DNA of 55,116 nucleotides, the filler included, from Streblomastix strix (Eukaryota), in the NCBI GenBank assembly GCA_008636045.1. It is 2 parts of 2 records of this genome, joined end to end, with 100 filler letters (N's around TTAATTAATTAA, not from the genome) between each part and the next. Parts side by side here need not be neighbours in the genome. Positions count along the whole stretch, not along the records: positions 27,686 to 55,116 come from SNRW01000142.1; 1 more part is not named here. One strand, given 5' to 3'. The position numbers and the translations under genes are program-made. Each line of letters starts with the position of its first letter. Position 1 is the first letter of the stretch. The notes beneath the pieces were generated by a model that saw only the letters and a program-made list of their open reading frames with translations, ran no database searches and was not told the origin of the DNA. This document shows, piece after piece, positions 52,387 through 55,116 of the stretch.

Positions 52387-54120
52387 ATGCTCTTATTAGT
52401 ACTTGCTCTCACATCACTTTCTAAAACTTTTGTAATAGATTTTGACTTGTGCAAACTGGAAGGCACCACTTTGATATGGGACGAAAGAGATGGATATATT
52501 GAAGTGGAAACAGATGGGTTGAATCCTTGGGGAGGATCTATAGACAGTGCCAACTTCTCTGTGCTACCCGAAAGGATTAAATCTAAAGATCATTTCGTTT
52601 TCCATGATATACCTTCTCTTGATGACAGCTGTTCATTCAGAAATCTGTATTATTCAACATTATCCTACGACTTCTGGGGTATTATTGCATTATCGTACTA
52701 CAATATCAGTGTGAAACCATCCGTTCTTCATTTCTTGAACTGCCATCCAAGAAAATATTAGGAAATTGATAGTAAAGGTGAAGTAGTTGATAATTTAGAT
52801 CTCACTCCATTGTGTAAAAATCATCCAGGAAGTTATCCAGATCTTCGTGGTATTGTTGATGAGGCATGTTATGGAACAACAGATGCTGCTTAAGCTGAAT
52901 GTAGAACAACGTGTGTGGATGGAACTCCAATTAAAGTATTTGGAAAAAACTTATTGCATGCATATTATTATTAAGGAGGTTATACTGAAGATTATTTGAA
53001 GTAGCTTCTTGTTAGTTTCGGACCTGTATTGGCATATAGATCATAAGATTTATATGAGGTTTGCAATTTAGAATAATAAATTAAATATAGGCCAAATAAT
53101 TAATACCAATTAATTTTTTTAATAAAATATTATTATTTATTTTTAACTTTATTTTAATTATTTATTCAATAGGTATATTACGGATGGCAGACAATTGGAG
53201 GCAATGTTGAATACTTGTCACTCACTCGCAGTTCAGATGGCACTCTCTAATTTACAACAACTTCATCAAGTTCATTCAGAAACATTGATAAATTCGACGT
53301 TTTCTATGGAACTCGAATTGATCTCAGTGCTGAAGATCCAAGTAAACCTCCATTTGATTGTGCAAAAGATGTTACTGAAGACACACCATTAGAACAATGT
53401 AAATGTCTTCCAGTAGGTGATCCAAGAGCTGAATGTTAAACACCACCAGAATTTGATTGTGTAAAAGATGTTACTGAAGACACACCATTAGAACAATGTA
53501 AATGTCTTCCAGTAGGTGATCCAAGAGCTGAATGTTAAACACCACCAGAATTTGATTGTGCAAAAGATGTTACTGAAGACACACCATTAGAACAATGTAA
53601 ATGTCTTCCAGTAGGTGATCCAAGAGCTGAATGTTAAACACCACCAGAATTTGATTGTGCAAAAGATGTTACTGAAGAGACACCATTAGAACAATGTAAA
53701 TGTCTTCCAGTTGGTGATCCAAGAGCTGAATGTTAAACACCACCAGAATTTGATTGTGCAAAAGATGTTACTGAAGAGACACCATTAGAACAATGTAAAT
53801 GTCTTCCAGTTGGTGATCCAAGAGCTGAATGTGAAACACCATCGACTGTTGACTGCACAAAAACACCAACTGATCCATCATGTCCACCTGTTGATGCACC
53901 ATAAAGCATAATAGATTGTAGTAAGACTCCAGATAATGTTGCATGTTCAGGTGAATGTAAAGACAACACTAAAAAGACGATCACTGAATGTGCTTGTGTA
54001 GTTGGTGATAAGAGAGATGCATGCAAAGAGATTGGTAAGGATGCTTCAGGATCAATAAGAGTATTTCTGAGCGTTGTTGCAGTAGTTGTGACGATTCCAA
54101 TGCTGGCTTTGTTCTGGTGA
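52387..54120 (+). CDS. Secreted or GPI-type surface protein: degenerate papain-like domain plus Cys-rich repeats; intron 53059-53172
   Basis: Signal peptide MLLLVLALTSLS; cathepsin-like remnants (PSVLHFLNC, GIVDEACY, CRTTCVDG, LKQLLVSFGPV, YYGW); hydrophobic C-terminus SGSIRVFLSVVAVVVTIPMLALFW-TGA. Confidence 0.8.
53353..53841 (+). repeat. Five near-identical 99-nt coding tandem repeats (33 aa, 4 Cys each)
   Basis: FDCAKDVTEDTPLEQCKCLPVGDPRAECQTPPE units start at 53353, 53452, 53551, 53650 and 53749. Confidence 0.97.
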
Positions 54121-54404
54121 GAAGCACGATGAGAGTTTATTTTCTGATTTGAAATGCTTATTTGAGATCATCCCTTTATTCTCACTTCAGTCTCAGTACC
54201 ATTTTTTTGTTGGGATGAATCTCATGTAGGCTGGAAAAAGAATGGCTGGCACTCATGTCTCGAGCCAGCCATTTTTTGGTATTATTTTTAACAATGTCTC
54301 AATTAAAAAAATAAAAAAAAATAATAAAATCTAAATAACGAATCACTTTATTTTTCTATCTATATAACATGTTTATAATTATATATATATAATATATGTT
54401 ATAT

Positions 54405-55116
54405 ACAAAACACATTATTATTTCTTCTCCCCTGCAACACGAAGCGATTTCTTCAGATCTTCTCGGAATTCCGTCTGTCCATAACTTTTTATCACTTCAA
54501 CTGTTTAGAGTTTGCAATTAGCAATATGTGCAGCTAAACGAATTAAAGATTGTCTTCCTGATCCTCCAAATCCAACAATTAATACGTTTCCATGTGCCAT
54601 TCGGATAATACGTGCAATTTGAGCTAAATGAAGAATAGCATCATCAAATAGAACTAAGTGCATCGGTTTCTGAGATGCTAAGTTATCATCATCTAAATGA
54701 TCCATTAAGATTCTCGAAAGTTCATCACCAATTTTGAATTCTTTATTAATCTATGGTTATGCTGGTCTTTCAGGGAAATCTGCAAAGTTGATTGGGTTTT
54801 TCTTCAATATCAAATGGTTCAGATAGTGAAGGCATATCAATGTCATCTTTGTCATCAATTACAATTGCGTTATTCCAAGCTCCAGCACGGAATACACGAC
54901 ATCCTTGATGTGCCCAAAGCTTAACTGGTATGAGCGAACTTTAATAACCAGATGATGAATGTAACACTCCACTTGCCAATGATGATGCTTCTCTCAAATT
55001 AAATGTGTAATGTGATTTTGAAGGTGTTGGTAAGAAAGTAGAATATGTTTCTTAATATATTTCTACAGTTGCATCTACTACTGGTTATGCTAATTCTTGT
55101 ACTGTTGCTGGAAGAC
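54405..55116 (-). pseudogene. Axonemal-type dynein heavy chain fragment (AAA3 lid to AAA4)
   Basis: FLPTPSKSHYTFNLRE, LWAHQGCRVFR, PINFADF, MHLVLFDDAILHLAQIARII, GNVLIVGFGGSGRQSL, YGQTEFREDLK. Frame changes near 54800 and homology stops after AGEKKQQCV. Confidence 0.85.

Noticed and set aside
53353..53841. CRISPR-like regular repeats
   Set aside because: There are no unique spacers; the units are in-frame 33-aa coding repeats.
777..54026. Most ORFs in the supplied track (for example 777-968, 28523-28780, 38576-38827, 39347-39670, 53733-54026)
   Set aside because: They were computed with TAA/TAG as stops, and are antisense or off-frame shadows of the real table-6 genes.

Overview
This is AT-rich eukaryotic DNA whose genes only read as long ORFs if TAA/TAG encode Gln and TGA is the sole stop (translation table 6), so the supplied ORF track is mostly fragments or wrong-strand noise. 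The code plus the intron style suggests an oxymonad such as Streblomastix (inference). An artificial N44-TTAATTAATTAA-N44 linker (27586-27685) joins two contigs. Contig 1 holds a decayed endogenous Polinton/Maverick-like virus (packaging ATPase, probable major capsid protein, fibre-like protein, rve integrase, HNH nuclease, protein-primed PolB), a 3.58-kb tandem duplication with an inverted template-switch junction, an odd tRNA-like gene (two copies), and the 3' part of a Sola-like DDD transposase. Contig 2 holds a very large intron-containing DDB1/SF3B3/CPSF1-family gene, two hypothetical host genes, a structurally complete but mutated DIRS1-type tyrosine-recombinase retrotransposon (ITRs plus ICR), a secreted or GPI-type pseudo-papain with Cys-rich repeats, and a degraded dynein heavy-chain fragment. 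All translations were done by eye, and pseudogene boundaries are approximate.
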